Below the pieces are notes generated by a model. The model was not told where the DNA came from and did not search any database. It worked only from the letters and a program-made list of their open reading frames with translations. A stretch of DNA of 64,000 nt from NCBI GenBank assembly GCA_965200125.1, contig OZ241332.1, forward strand, positions 1,668,749 through 1,732,748, read 5' to 3'. The position numbers and the translations under genes are program-made. The DNA is from an uncultured Candidatus Binatia bacterium. GTDB taxonomy: Bacteria > Desulfobacterota > Binatia > Bin18. This document shows, in pieces, positions 33,366-44,202 of this stretch. Position 1 is the first letter of the stretch. Every line of letters starts with the position of its first letter.

Positions 33366-35216
33366 ATGAGCGAAGCCGGAGCCGCGGCGCACGATGCGCA
33401 CGCCGAACACCACGAACTCGGATTCATCCGCACCTACGTCTTTTCGACCGACCACAAGATGATCGGCCGGCAGTTCATGCTCTCCAGCATCCTGATGCTC
33501 GTCATCGGCGGCCTGCTGGCGATGATGATCCGCTGGGAGCTGGCATGGCCGGAGACCGCGGTGCCGCTGACGAGCTGGATTCCCGAGCCGTTCATGTATC
33601 CGACCGACGACGAGACCGCCGCGGGCGCGGTGGATGCGCTGAGCGAGTTCGTCGATCCCTATCCGGGGGCCAGCTTCGCCAAATCGATCGGGCCGACCGC
33701 GGGCGCCCACATGGACCCGGCCTTCTACAACTCGGTGTTCACCATGCACGCCACGATCATGATCTTCTTCGTGGTGATGCCGTTCATGGTCGGCGGGTTC
33801 GGGAATTTCCTCATCCCGCTGATGATCGGCGCCGGCGACATGGCCTTTCCCGTGCTCAACATGCTGTCGTTCTGGACCGCGGTGCCGGCGGTCGTCATGA
33901 TCGTCTGGAGCTTCTTCGTCGAAGGCGGCGCGGCCGCGGGCGGCTGGACCATGTATGCTACCTTGTCGGCCGACCCGCTGCTCAGCGGCGTCAACGCCGG
34001 CGCCAATCTGTGGATCATCAGCCTGCTCGTGCTCGGCGTGTCCTCGCTTATGGGCTCGATCAACTACATCACGACGGTCATCAACATGCGCGCCCCGGGC
34101 ATGACGTGGTTCCGCATGCCGCTCGTCATCTGGTCGCTGTTCATCACCGCCATCCTGCTGCTGCTGGCGCTGCCGGTGCTGACCGCGGCGCTCGGTATGC
34201 TGCTGTTCGACCGCACGATGGGGACCAGCTTCTTCCTGCCGGGTGGCGGGGGCGAGCCGATTCTGTGGCAACATCTGTTCTGGTTCTTCGGCCACCCCGA
34301 GGTGTACATCCTGGTCCTGCCGGCCATGGGCGTCACGTCGGACATTCTGGCGACGTTCGCCCGCAAGCCCATCTTCGGCTACAAGGCGATGGCGTTCTCC
34401 ATGATCGCGCTGGCCTTCCTGTCCTGGATCGTCTGGGGCCACCACATGTTCGTGAGCGGCATGAACCCGGTGCTGGGAACCGCGTTCATGCTGACGACGA
34501 TGGTCATCGCGGTGCCGTCCGCGATCAAGACGTTCAACTGGCTGGGGACGCTGTGGGGCGGCAACATCCGGTTCACCAGCCCGATGCTGTTCGCGCTCGG
34601 CTTCGTGTCCAACTTCGTCATCGGCGGGCTGTCCGGCATCTACATGGCCTCCACGCCGGTGGACATCTTCATCCACGACACCTACTTCATCGTCGCCCAC
34701 TTCCACTACGTGGTGGCGGGGATCATCTTCGGCATGTTCGCCGCACTCTACTACTGGTTCCCCAAAATCTTCGGGCGGATGATCAACGAACCCCTGGCCA
34801 AGCTGCACTTCGTGTTGACCTACGTCTTCTTCAACTGCGCGTTCTTCCCCATGCACTTCCTGGGCGTCGGCGGCCACATGCGGCGCATCTACAACCCGCT
34901 GCAGTACGAGTTCCTGCACGACCTGCAATGGTGGAACGTGTTCATCACCATGAGCGCGTTCTGCCTGGGGCTGTCGCAGATCGTCTTCTTCGTCAACTTC
35001 ATCTGGAGCCTGGTCGCCGGCAAGAAGGCGGACGCGAATCCGTGGGAGGCCAATACGCTCGAATGGACGGTGCCGTCGCCGCCGGGACACGGCAACTTCG
35101 CGGCCACGCCGACGGTCTATCGCGGCCCGTACGAATACAGTTCGCCGCTGGTCACGGAAGACTGGCTCGCTCAGGACCGGAAGCTCGGACCCGAGGTCGT
35201 CAGCGCCTCGCACTAG
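33366..35216 (+). CDS. coxA: cytochrome c oxidase subunit I
   Basis: 616 aa heme-copper oxidase subunit I. Confidence 0.95.
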   Translation: MSEAGAAAHDAHAEHHELGFIRTYVFSTDHKMIGRQFMLSSILMLVIGGLLAMMIRWELAWPETAVPLTSWIPEPFMYPTDDETAAGAVDALSEFVDPYPGASFAKSIGPTAGAHMDPAFYNSVFTMHATIMIFFVVMPFMVGGFGNFLIPLMIGAGDMAFPVLNMLSFWTAVPAVVMIVWSFFVEGGAAAGGWTMYATLSADPLLSGVNAGANLWIISLLVLGVSSLMGSINYITTVINMRAPGMTWFRMPLVIWSLFITAILLLLALPVLTAALGMLLFDRTMGTSFFLPGGGGEPILWQHLFWFFGHPEVYILVLPAMGVTSDILATFARKPIFGYKAMAFSMIALAFLSWIVWGHHMFVSGMNPVLGTAFMLTTMVIAVPSAIKTFNWLGTLWGGNIRFTSPMLFALGFVSNFVIGGLSGIYMASTPVDIFIHDTYFIVAHFHYVVAGIIFGMFAALYYWFPKIFGRMINEPLAKLHFVLTYVFFNCAFFPMHFLGVGGHMRRIYNPLQYEFLHDLQWWNVFITMSAFCLGLSQIVFFVNFIWSLVAGKKADANPWEANTLEWTVPSPPGHGNFAATPTVYRGPYEYSSPLVTEDWLAQDRKLGPEVVSASH

Positions 35217-35286
35217 ACGTGCGCCGCGGCGGACGGTTCCCGCCGTCCCCGCGGCGCCGCGAACCCCCGCGCGGACGGCTGCCGGG

Positions 35287-36249
35287 ATGCAGACCGACGA
35301 CCCCATCCCCTCCGGTTCCGTTCCGGTCTGGCCCCACCGGCTGGCCGTGACGACCGCCGCGGCCACGCTGCCGCTCCTGTTTCTGGGTGGCTTGGTGACG
35401 AGTATGCAGGTGGGCATGGTCGTCCCCGACTGGCCGACCACGTTCGGCTACAACATGTTCCTGTATCCCTGGTCCAAGATGGTCGGCGGTATCTTCTACG
35501 AACACAGTCACCGGCTGCTGGGCGCCGGCGTCGGGATGCTGACGCTCGCCCTGGCCGCCACGTTGTGGGTGACGGAGTCGCGTCGCTGGCTGGCATGGCT
35601 CGGGGTCGCCGCGGTGGTCGCGGTGATCGTGCAGGGCGTATTGGGCGGGCTGCGGGTGGTGCTGATCGAACAGCGCATCGCCATCGTGCACGCCTGTCTG
35701 GCGCAGGCGTTTTTCGCCCTCGTAGCCAGCATCAGCCTGTTTACGGCCGCGGAGTGGCGGATCGAGCCTCGCCATGCCCCGCAGGCCGACGCGACGAAAC
35801 TGCGGCACTTCGGGCTGCTGAACGTGGCGCTGATCTACGCCCAACTCGTGCTGGGCGCGGTCTTTCGCCACACGGGCGCCGGGCTCGGCCTGCACATCGC
35901 GGGCGCGATGGTCGTCTTCGTGACCGTCTTTCTGCTGGTCGATCACGCACAGGAGTATGCCCGGCAGTCCGACGGCCACGCCGCGGGGGCGCGCCTGCTG
36001 CGGTCGGCCCGCACGTTGCGCGGCTTGGTGTTGCTGCAAATCGGCCTCGGACTGGCCGCCTATGTCGTGAAATATCTGACAGCGGCCGGCCCGTTGAGCG
36101 CCGCGGCCGTGCTGCTGGCGACCGGCCACGTCATCGTCGGCGCCCTGCTGCTGGTGACCAGCCTGCGCTGCACGCTGCGCGCCTATCGCTTGTCCGGACG
36201 GGCGCACCCGGTCACGGAATCGTTCGCCGCGCCCGAGGTTCGCGCATGA
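35287..36249 (+). CDS. ctaA: heme A synthase
   Basis: COX15/CtaA family, eight transmembrane helices, conserved His. Confidence 0.8.
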   Translation: MQTDDPIPSGSVPVWPHRLAVTTAAATLPLLFLGGLVTSMQVGMVVPDWPTTFGYNMFLYPWSKMVGGIFYEHSHRLLGAGVGMLTLALAATLWVTESRRWLAWLGVAAVVAVIVQGVLGGLRVVLIEQRIAIVHACLAQAFFALVASISLFTAAEWRIEPRHAPQADATKLRHFGLLNVALIYAQLVLGAVFRHTGAGLGLHIAGAMVVFVTVFLLVDHAQEYARQSDGHAAGARLLRSARTLRGLVLLQIGLGLAAYVVKYLTAAGPLSAAAVLLATGHVIVGALLLVTSLRCTLRAYRLSGRAHPVTESFAAPEVRA

Positions 36250-37208
36250 CGCCGCTCGCACAGACGCTCGGACTCGATACGTCCCGCCTCCGGCGGCGGA
36301 CCGCTGCGTTCGTCGAACTCACCAAACCGCGGCTGGTCAGCATGATCCTGCTGACGACGACCGTCGGGTTCTATCTGGGGTCGTGGCCGACCGTGGACTA
36401 CGGCCTGCTCCTGCACACGTTGCTGGGAACCGGCTTGGCCGGCGGCGGGACACTGGCGCTCAACCAGTTGATGGAGCGCCACGCCGACGCGCTGATGGAG
36501 CGCACCCGAACACGTCCACTGCCCGCGGGCCGCTTGCAGCCCGCGGACGCCCTGGTCTTCGGATCGCTGCTGACCGTGGCAGGCTTGGTGTACTTACTGC
36601 TAGTCGTCGATCCGCTGAGCGCCCTGGTCACGGCGGCGATCAGTGCGAGCTATCTCTTCGCCTACACGCCGCTCAAGCAGAAGACCACGCTGTGCAGCAT
36701 TGCCGGCGCGGTGCCGGGCGCCCTACCGCCGGTCGTCGGCTGGACCGCGGCCAGCGGGACGTTGGGCATCGAAGCGGCCATTCTGTTCACGATCATGTTT
36801 CTCTGGCAAATGCCCCATTCGCTGGCGATTGCCTGGCTGTACCGCGAGGACTACGCCCGGGCCGGCTTTCGACTGCTGCCGGTGATCGAACCGGACGGGA
36901 AAAGTACCGGCCGCCAAGTCGTGACGCATTGTCTGGCGCTGCTGGCCGTCGGCCTGCTGCCGACGCTGGTAGGAATGGCCGGCACACGGTACTTCGTCAT
37001 CGCCTTCGGGCTGGGCTGTCTGTTCCTGTGGTACGGCATGCGCTTGGCACGGACCCGCTCGCGGGAGTCCGCGCGCACCCTCATGTTCGCGTCGCTGGTG
37101 TACCTGCCGATCCTGTTGACCGCCATGGCTCTGGATAAGCTCCCCGGCAACGCTATGCACCCGACGTTCCCGGCGTCCGCCGTGCATGGAGATCACCGAT
37201 CCGGTTGA
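36246..37208 (+). CDS. ctaB: protoheme IX farnesyltransferase (heme O synthase)
   Basis: UbiA-family sequence. ATGA overlap with ctaA. Confidence 0.88.
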   Translation: MTPLAQTLGLDTSRLRRRTAAFVELTKPRLVSMILLTTTVGFYLGSWPTVDYGLLLHTLLGTGLAGGGTLALNQLMERHADALMERTRTRPLPAGRLQPADALVFGSLLTVAGLVYLLLVVDPLSALVTAAISASYLFAYTPLKQKTTLCSIAGAVPGALPPVVGWTAASGTLGIEAAILFTIMFLWQMPHSLAIAWLYREDYARAGFRLLPVIEPDGKSTGRQVVTHCLALLAVGLLPTLVGMAGTRYFVIAFGLGCLFLWYGMRLARTRSRESARTLMFASLVYLPILLTAMALDKLPGNAMHPTFPASAVHGDHRSG

Positions 37209-37425
37209 ACATCGGGGAAGCCGACTGTACGAAAGACGCCATGCCCCTCGTCAGACGGTCCGAACGCCAGGCGGAAAACCGCTCCCTCGGCCGCATCCTG
37301 GCCGTATTCATCGTCCTGTACATCCTCGCCACGGTGTGGTTCATCATCGTGGCGTAGCGCCGGGGGAATGGCCGCGGCGACAAGCAACGAGAGTTGACTC
37401 CCGGTGGCGGAAAAAGGCGGCACGA

Positions 37426-38124
37426 ATGCCCTTGCACGCAGTCGGATCGGCACAGACAGGGCGGGCGGAAGCTCTCCGACCTGCCGACTTCGAGCCGGTC
37501 CCGGCCCGCGATACCTCGGAACCCCTCGTTGCCCTACCCGGTTTCGGCGGAGGCCCACCACCCGGTTCCCCCCGACCGCCGATCAGCAACGTGCGCATGG
37601 GAATGTTGATGCTGATCGGTGCGGAGACGATGTTCTTCGCCGGCCTCATCGGCGCCTACATCGTCTTCCGCTTCGGCAGCGTGACGTGGCCGTCGGGACA
37701 CGTCTTCCTGCCCGTGGGCATCACCTGGGTGAACACCGGCGTGCTGCTGTCGAGTTGTTACACCATGTTCCGGGCGATGGGCCGCCTCAAGGCCGACCGG
37801 CAGGAGGCGTTCGTGCGCGGGCTCGCCGTCAGCGCGGCGCTGGGCACCCTCTTTCTTTGCGTGCAAGGCTACGAGTGGGTGAATCTCGTCCGCGACGGGC
37901 TGACCCTTTCGGCCGGCATGTACGGTGCCACGTTCTACACCCTGATCGGCTGCCACGGCCTCCACGTCCTGGTCGCGGTGTTGTGGCTGGGGGTCGTCGT
38001 ATTCCAGGCTCGTCGCGGAAAATTCTCGTCCGACGCCCACGCCGGCGTCGAGGCATGCAGTATGTACTGGTATTACGTCGGCGCCCTGTGGGTCGTGCTC
38101 TTCCCGCTCGTGTATCTGAACTGA
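37426..38124 (+). CDS. cytochrome c oxidase subunit III homologue (CoxO-like)
   Basis: Subunit-III-like transmembrane core (LMLIGAETMFFAGLIGAYIV...GCHGLHVLVAVLWL). The start is uncertain: an N-terminal extension exists if the ATG at 37426 is used. Confidence 0.7.
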   Translation: MPLHAVGSAQTGRAEALRPADFEPVPARDTSEPLVALPGFGGGPPPGSPRPPISNVRMGMLMLIGAETMFFAGLIGAYIVFRFGSVTWPSGHVFLPVGITWVNTGVLLSSCYTMFRAMGRLKADRQEAFVRGLAVSAALGTLFLCVQGYEWVNLVRDGLTLSAGMYGATFYTLIGCHGLHVLVAVLWLGVVVFQARRGKFSSDAHAGVEACSMYWYYVGALWVVLFPLVYLN

Positions 38125-38161
38125 CTCGACAAGATTGCCCTCGACCGGACGCACCTCCGCA

Positions 38162-38485
38162 ATGGACACGTTCCCTACCCTGATGATCCGGCTCGGCGGC
38201 AAGCTCGCACTGTTTCCAGCCGCGGGCTTGGTACTGATGGGCGGCGAGGCTCTAGCGCAGGGCTGCGCGATGTGTCAGACTCTCTTTCCCAGCGCGAATG
38301 AACAAGTCGCCCAAGGAATGCTGCGGAGCGCGTTCTTTCTGATGAGCATGCCGTTCGTCGTGTTCGGTTCGATCGGCGGCTGGATCGCCTACCGATACTG
38401 GAAAACGCGGCCTTCCCGCCAATCCGATCACATCGTTCGCCCCCACGTTCCGACCGAGCCGGTCTCGAAGGAGGATCATCCGTGA
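38162..38485 (+). CDS. small membrane protein with signal peptide, CxxC (CAMC) motif and one transmembrane helix
   Basis: It sits between the two subunit-III genes and overlaps the next gene by 4 nt. No family is recognised. Confidence 0.45.
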   Translation: MDTFPTLMIRLGGKLALFPAAGLVLMGGEALAQGCAMCQTLFPSANEQVAQGMLRSAFFLMSMPFVVFGSIGGWIAYRYWKTRPSRQSDHIVRPHVPTEPVSKEDHP

Positions 38486-39111
38486 GCGAAGCCGCTATCG
38501 AGTCGCCCGCCCACTTGGCAGTCAAGCAACCGGCAGAGTCGCCGGTCACGCCGGAGAGTTGGGGAAAACTGGGCATGTGGGTCTTTCTGGCCGGCGACGC
38601 CATGTCGTTCGGCGGATTGCTGGCCGGGTACGGCGCCATCCGCGCCAGCAGCCCGGACTGGCCCAACCCAATCGACGCGCTCGGCATCAACCTGACCGCG
38701 TTCATGACCTTTCTGTTGATCGTCAGCAGCTTCACGATGGTCAAAGCACTCTCCGCGGCCAAACACAGCGACCTGCCCAACTTCCGCAAATACCTGTTCT
38801 TGACCATCGGCGTCGGCACCATCTTCCTGGGACTGCAAGCCTACGAGTGGACCCATCTGACCGACATCGGCATGACCATGAGTGAGAACCCGTGGGGCGC
38901 GCCGCTGTTCGGCACGACGTTCTACATTCTGACCGGCTTTCACGGCTGCCACGTCTTCGGCGGCGTCGTATATCTGACCTGCGTGCTGTTCGCCGGCAGG
39001 CACGGCCGGTTCCTGGGCGATAACGCCAGCCCGGTCGAAATCGTCGGACTCTACTGGCACTTCGTCGATCTGGTCTGGATCCTGGTCTTCACGTTCGTCT
39101 ATCTGCTGTAG
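38482..39111 (+). CDS. coxC: cytochrome c oxidase subunit III (CoxP/CoxC-like)
   Basis: 209 aa subunit III. Confidence 0.88.
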   Translation: MSEAAIESPAHLAVKQPAESPVTPESWGKLGMWVFLAGDAMSFGGLLAGYGAIRASSPDWPNPIDALGINLTAFMTFLLIVSSFTMVKALSAAKHSDLPNFRKYLFLTIGVGTIFLGLQAYEWTHLTDIGMTMSENPWGAPLFGTTFYILTGFHGCHVFGGVVYLTCVLFAGRHGRFLGDNASPVEIVGLYWHFVDLVWILVFTFVYLL

Positions 39112-39453
39112 ATGGGAGACACGATGGCAAACGATCACGCCGAACCCAACTATCTCGCCATCATGGGAGCGCTGACCCTGCTCACCATCCTCGAGTTGAT
39201 GGTGCCCCCCCTCGTCTCCGCCAAGCTGACCGCTGGCAGCCTGCTGGTCATCCTCGCCGTCGCCAAGGCGCTGCTCGTCGCCCTGTATTTCATGCACCTG
39301 CGGTTCGAGCGGACGACGCTGAGCGTCATCGCCCTGGTGCCGATGGCGATCTGCGTGTTTCTGATCGTCATGCTGCTCCCCGACCTGACCTCATCGGGCC
39401 GCACGTACACCCCGGTCGAGCCGGTCGCAATGAGCGAAACCGCAGGTCATTAG
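39112..39453 (+). CDS. cytochrome c oxidase subunit IV (prokaryotic caa3/aa3 type)
   Basis: 113 aa with two or three transmembrane helices. It starts immediately after the coxC stop (TAGATG). Confidence 0.7.
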   Translation: MGDTMANDHAEPNYLAIMGALTLLTILELMVPPLVSAKLTAGSLLVILAVAKALLVALYFMHLRFERTTLSVIALVPMAICVFLIVMLLPDLTSSGRTYTPVEPVAMSETAGH

Positions 39454-39612
39454 TCCGCCGCTCCTCTCTCCTCCTCCGTTCTTCCGTCCCGGCCGCGGTC
39501 GAAACGCCCGGCCGACGAAACCCTCCCCCGACCTTCGGAGATGCACAGTCGGACGATGGTCTTGACCCTGTCGGTCGGAACGTCCTAGGCTTCCGCTGTC
39601 TTGGGGTGAGAT

Positions 39613-40080
39613 ATGCGGTTTCTGGCGATTCCCATCGTCGTTCTGGCCATCCTCCTCTTTTTCCGAACGTCCGATCGCACCGCGGCGGAACGCGACGCAT
39701 CGCCGGCGTTCCGCATGTCCGCCGAAAGCCTGTCGACCGCCTATTTCGACGCCCCTGTTGCCGCGGACCGGCGATACCGCGATCATCTCGTCCAGGTGAC
39801 GGGCCACGTCGCCCGCGTCGAGCAGGACATGACCGGCCAACTCGCGATCATCTTGCAGGGCGGTCGATCCCTCCTCAACGGCATCGAGTGCCAAATCGCA
39901 CAAGCCCAGCTCGACGAGGTGAAGGATCTGCGGTCCGGTCAACGGATCCTCGTCAAGGGCTACGCCGCGGGGAAGACGATTCACGTCCGCCTGAGCAGTT
40001 GTGCGCTCCTGCATGCGGATTCGCTGGATTTCCAGGAAACGGCGGCCGCCCCGCGGCGGCAATCGATGATGAGATCTTGA
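39613..40080 (+). CDS. hypothetical secreted/membrane-anchored protein (OB-fold/tRNA_anti-like candidate)
   Basis: 155 aa with an N-terminal hydrophobic segment. Confidence 0.5.
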   Translation: MRFLAIPIVVLAILLFFRTSDRTAAERDASPAFRMSAESLSTAYFDAPVAADRRYRDHLVQVTGHVARVEQDMTGQLAIILQGGRSLLNGIECQIAQAQLDEVKDLRSGQRILVKGYAAGKTIHVRLSSCALLHADSLDFQETAAAPRRQSMMRS

Positions 40081-40112
40081 TCGGAGACCGTTGCAAGAAG
40101 GAGAGCTTCCAC

Positions 40113-40508
40113 ATGACGAGAACGTCCCCGAACTATTTTCTCGTACTCGGCCTCTGGCTGGTGTTCGTCTTCGTCTCACCGACCGCAGGTGTCGCGCAGT
40201 CCCTGTTCTCCGTTCGTCCGGATTCTGCCGGGTCCTTGCTCGGCGGCGACACCGCCTTGGAAGACGGCACGTTCGGAGACACGGAGACCGCCCCGGACGT
40301 GACGGACGAAAGCCTGGAAATGCGGATGCGCTACCCCGAACTCTACGACAGCGGCCTGACGCCCGACCTCGAGCGCAGCGCCACACCAGAGGATGCCGAA
40401 GTCAGTGGGGACGAGACTCTGGAAACTCAGGCCCGTTACCCGGAAATCTACCTCGAGAATCGGCTGTACGACGAAGATGACCTGCTCTCGATCGACCGAG
40501 AGGAATAG
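40113..40508 (+). CDS. hypothetical secreted acidic protein (131 aa)
   Basis: AAGGAGAG ribosome-binding site, signal peptide, then an Asp/Glu-rich repetitive region (LEMRMRYPELYD...LETQARYPEIYL). Confidence 0.55.
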   Translation: MTRTSPNYFLVLGLWLVFVFVSPTAGVAQSLFSVRPDSAGSLLGGDTALEDGTFGDTETAPDVTDESLEMRMRYPELYDSGLTPDLERSATPEDAEVSGDETLETQARYPEIYLENRLYDEDDLLSIDREE

Positions 40509-40583
40509 TGTCTCCCCAGTTCGTCAGCTAACGGACCAGTCGATATTGTTCTCAAATTCCGGGTGTGATACTTCACCAGCCGT

Positions 40584-40655
40584 GCCCCCGTGGTGAAATG
40601 GATATCACACAGGTCTCCGGAACCTGGGGTCTGGGTTCGATTCCCGGCGGGGGTA
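40584..40655 (+). tRNA. tRNA-Arg (anticodon CCG)
   Basis: Hand-folded cloverleaf. Acceptor stem GCCCCCG/CGGGGGT with a G1-U72 wobble, D stem GTGA/TCAC, anticodon loop CTCCGGA, T arm CTGGG-TTCGATT-CCCGG, discriminator A. Confidence 0.75.
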
Positions 40656-40705
40656 AATCCTCTCACCTCTCGTTTCACCCCATCTGAAACGCAGTCGCCT
40701 CGGCA

Positions 40706-41764
40706 ATGGCCATCCTCGTCACCGGAGGTGCCGGCTTCATCGGGTCGAACTTCGTTCTGGACTGGGTGCAGCAGTCCGACGAGCGTATCGTCAACCTCGA
40801 TAAACTGACCTACGCCGGCAATCTGGAAAACCTGGTCGAACTTGACGGCGACGCGCGTCACCTGTTCGTGCACGGCGACATCAGCGACCCACAACTGCTC
40901 GGAACGCTGTTCGCGGAACATCGGCCGCGCGTGGTCATCAACTTTGCGGCCGAGTCCCACGTCGATCGTTCCATCCACGGGCCGGAAGACTTCGTCACCA
41001 CGAACGTCGTCGGGACGTTTCGGTTACTGGAGGCGGCCCGCGACTATTGGAACGGTCTTCCGAAGCGTGAGCGGACGCGCTTTCGCTTCCTCCACGTTTC
41101 CACCGACGAGGTGTACGGTGCGCTCGCGCCGGACGACCCGGCGTTCACCGAAACGCACCGCTATCGGCCGAACAGTCCGTATAGCGCCAGCAAAGCTGCC
41201 GCGGATCACTTGGTGCACGCATACGTTGCCACCTACGGGCTCCCGGCGATAACGACCAACTGCTCGAACAATTACGGCCCGTACCAATTCCCGGAAAAGC
41301 TCATTCCGCTGGTCATACACAACGCCTTGGCAAGCGACCCCTTGCCCGTGTACGGCGACGGCCAACACGTGCGCGACTGGCTGTATGTACGAGACCATTG
41401 CCGTGCCCTCCGTCGGGTACTCGAGGCCGGGCGCTGTGGAGAGGTGTACAACATCGGTGGTCTGAACCAGAAAACCAATTTGGAACTCGTGTCCGACCTG
41501 TGCGACCTGCTCGACGAACTTCGCCCGAAAGCCGACGGCCGCTCGTATGCTTCTCAAATCACCTTCGTCAAAGACCGGCCGGGGCATGACCGGCGCTACG
41601 CTATCGACACCGCCAAAATAGAACGCGAACTCGCCTGGGCGCCGATCGAGACCTTTGCGAGCGGCCTACGCAAAACCGTGCAGTGGTACCTGGAACATCC
41701 CGCCTGGGTCGCCCACGTCACGAGCGGCGACTATCGCTGCTGGGTCCGCCAACATTACACATGA
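40706..41764 (+). CDS. rfbB: dTDP-glucose 4,6-dehydratase
   Basis: GGAGFIGS motif. Local GC is about 60%. Confidence 0.93.
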   Translation: MAILVTGGAGFIGSNFVLDWVQQSDERIVNLDKLTYAGNLENLVELDGDARHLFVHGDISDPQLLGTLFAEHRPRVVINFAAESHVDRSIHGPEDFVTTNVVGTFRLLEAARDYWNGLPKRERTRFRFLHVSTDEVYGALAPDDPAFTETHRYRPNSPYSASKAAADHLVHAYVATYGLPAITTNCSNNYGPYQFPEKLIPLVIHNALASDPLPVYGDGQHVRDWLYVRDHCRALRRVLEAGRCGEVYNIGGLNQKTNLELVSDLCDLLDELRPKADGRSYASQITFVKDRPGHDRRYAIDTAKIERELAWAPIETFASGLRKTVQWYLEHPAWVAHVTSGDYRCWVRQHYT

Positions 41765-41771
41765 AGAACAC

Positions 41772-42680
41772 ATGAAGACGCTTCTATTCGGAGCCAATGG
41801 CCAAGTCGGCTGGGAACTGCGTCATTCCCTCACCTCTATCGGCCAAGTCAAAGCGTGCGACCGGCAAACAGTCGATCTTGAACGGCAGGACGAACTGCGA
41901 GCCGCGATTCGTGACTACCGTCCCGAGTTGATCGTCAACGCCGCGGCGTACACGGCGGTCGACAAAGCCGAAGCTGACCCGGACACGGCCAAACGGGTCA
42001 ACGCCGATGCCGTCGGACTCCTGGCGACCGAGGCGAAGCGGCTCGATGCCGTCCTGGTCCACTACTCGACCGACTACGTCTTCGACGGAACCAAAGTCGG
42101 GGCTTACGGAGAAACCGATACGCCCAATCCGCTCAACGTCTATGGTCGGACCAAGCTCGAGGGAGAGAAGGCTATTCGGGGCAGTGGATGTCGGCATTTC
42201 ATTTTTCGGACGAGCTGGGTGTACGCGCCGCGGGGTGTCAATCTCCTGCGCATCATACTTCGGATGGCCAAGGAACGGAATACGCTCCGCATCGTGGCCG
42301 ACCGGACAGGAACACCGGCCTCCGCCCGATTGGTCGCGCGTACCACGGCTCTCAGCCTGCAGAAATTCGCCCATGCCAAGAGAAGCACCGAATCTCTGCT
42401 GGGGACATATCACATAGCTCCGCCCGGCGTGACGAGTCCGTACGGGCTTGTCTGCCATCTGCTCCGGGAGGCGCAAAGGTCTGGCACCAAGCTTCGATGT
42501 CCCCCCGAAAACGTCCAGCCCATCACTGCTGCGGAATACCCACAACCAGCAAAACGGCCTGTGAATGGGAGGCTTGACACTCAAAAGCTTCGTTCGACCT
42601 TCAACGTTCGCCTACCCGCATGGCAGACTGAAATTCGCCAGACAGTCCAAGAAATCAACGGGCGGAATATGGAACGATGA
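41772..42680 (+). CDS. rfbD: dTDP-4-dehydrorhamnose reductase
   Basis: RmlD family ([10 protein letters not shown]...YSTDYVFDG). Confidence 0.9.
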   Translation: MKTLLFGANGQVGWELRHSLTSIGQVKACDRQTVDLERQDELRAAIRDYRPELIVNAAAYTAVDKAEADPDTAKRVNADAVGLLATEAKRLDAVLVHYSTDYVFDGTKVGAYGETDTPNPLNVYGRTKLEGEKAIRGSGCRHFIFRTSWVYAPRGVNLLRIILRMAKERNTLRIVADRTGTPASARLVARTTALSLQKFAHAKRSTESLLGTYHIAPPGVTSPYGLVCHLLREAQRSGTKLRCPPENVQPITAAEYPQPAKRPVNGRLDTQKLRSTFNVRLPAWQTEIRQTVQEINGRNMER

Positions 42681-43558
42681 CGCGCAGGGGTATTATTCTG
42701 GCGGGCGGATCGGGGACTCGGCTTTCCCCGATCACTCGGGCATTTTCCAAGCAATTGCTGCCCGTGTTCGACAAGCCCATGATCTATTATCCGTTGACCA
42801 CGCTGATGCTGGCCGGACTTCGAGAGATTCTGGTCATCTCCACCCCCCGCGACGCCCCGTTGTTCAAGGACATGCTGGGCGACGGGCGGCAATGGGGCAT
42901 CTCCATTCGGTACGCCGAGCAGCCTTCGCCCGACGGCCTCGCCCAAGCGTTCCTGATCGGCGTAGATTTTCTGGGCGACGCGCCGGCCGCCCTGGTCCTC
43001 GGCGACAACATTTTCTACGGCCATTCGTTTCACGAAATGCTTGCCGCGGCCCATGCCAGGGAAGATGGGGCGACGATCTTCGCCTATCACGTGCACGACC
43101 CGGAACGGTACGGTATCGTAGAGTTCGACGCGAACGGGCGGGTCCTCAGTCTCGAAGAAAAGCCCTCGCAGCCAAGATCCAGTTTTGCGGTGACCGGCCT
43201 GTATTTCTACGATCGCCACGTCGTGGAATACGCCGCGCGGCTCGAACCTTCCGCTCGCGGCGAGTTGGAAATCACGGATCTGAACCGTTGTTATCTCGAA
43301 CGCGGCACGCTCTCGGTTCAACGTCTGGGAAGGGGCTACGCCTGGCTGGATACCGGCACGCAGGAAAGTCTGCTCGAAGCCAGCCAATTCGTCCAGACCA
43401 TCGAGCACCGGCAGGGGCTGAAGATCGCCTGTCCCGAAGAGATCGCCTACCGGAAGCGATGGATCGACGCCCGGCAAATGGAAACGCTGGCCGCGATGAT
43501 GGAAAAAAGCAACTACGGACGCTACCTGCGCCGAGTCCTGCACGAGGTCGGGGCCTGA
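42677..43558 (+). CDS. rfbA: glucose-1-phosphate thymidylyltransferase
   Basis: [12 protein letters not shown] motif. ATGA overlap with rfbD. Confidence 0.93.
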   Translation: MTRRGIILAGGSGTRLSPITRAFSKQLLPVFDKPMIYYPLTTLMLAGLREILVISTPRDAPLFKDMLGDGRQWGISIRYAEQPSPDGLAQAFLIGVDFLGDAPAALVLGDNIFYGHSFHEMLAAAHAREDGATIFAYHVHDPERYGIVEFDANGRVLSLEEKPSQPRSSFAVTGLYFYDRHVVEYAARLEPSARGELEITDLNRCYLERGTLSVQRLGRGYAWLDTGTQESLLEASQFVQTIEHRQGLKIACPEEIAYRKRWIDARQMETLAAMMEKSNYGRYLRRVLHEVGA

Positions 43559-44109
43559 TGAAAGCGACGCCACTGGCTATTGCGGACGTGATCCTGCTCG
43601 AACCGCGGGTTTTCGAGGACGAACGCGGCTTCTTTTTCGAGAGCTTCAATCAGCAAGCGTTCGAGCGAGCCTGCGGACACGCCCAGATTTTCGTACAGGA
43701 CAATCATTCCAGGTCGAGCCGTGGCGTGCTGCGCGGCCTGCATTACCAACTCCCGCCCAAGGCCCAGGGCAAACTCGTGCGCGTAGTGTACGGCCAAGTC
43801 TTCGACGTGGCGGTCGACATCCGCCGCGGTTCGCCCACCTATGGCAACTGGGTCGGAGAACGTCTGTCGGCCGAGAACAAGCGGCAACTCTGGATACCCG
43901 AAGGCTTTGCACACGGATTTCTCACACTTTCCGACGCAGCCGAGGTCATCTACAAGACGACCGAGTTCTATGCCCCGGAACTGGAACGCTGCATTCGCTG
44001 GGACGACCCGGTCATCGGGATCAAATGGCCTGTGACGCCCTCGGTGTCGAGCCTGTCGGCCAAAGACGCCGAAGCTACCCCTTTCGTCGATGCCGAACCA
44101 TTCACTTGA
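43558..44109 (+). CDS. rfbC: dTDP-4-dehydrorhamnose 3,5-epimerase
   Basis: RmlC cupin fold. TGATG overlap with rfbA. Confidence 0.9.
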   Translation: MKATPLAIADVILLEPRVFEDERGFFFESFNQQAFERACGHAQIFVQDNHSRSSRGVLRGLHYQLPPKAQGKLVRVVYGQVFDVAVDIRRGSPTYGNWVGERLSAENKRQLWIPEGFAHGFLTLSDAAEVIYKTTEFYAPELERCIRWDDPVIGIKWPVTPSVSSLSAKDAEATPFVDAEPFT

Positions 44110-44202
44110 ACGCATCGGGGATCATCGACCGGGACAAAGGCCCGGCGTCCAGACCACCCTGCTGAACCTTACAAATTAGAAATAGAATTCTAATTTACAC
44201 AT

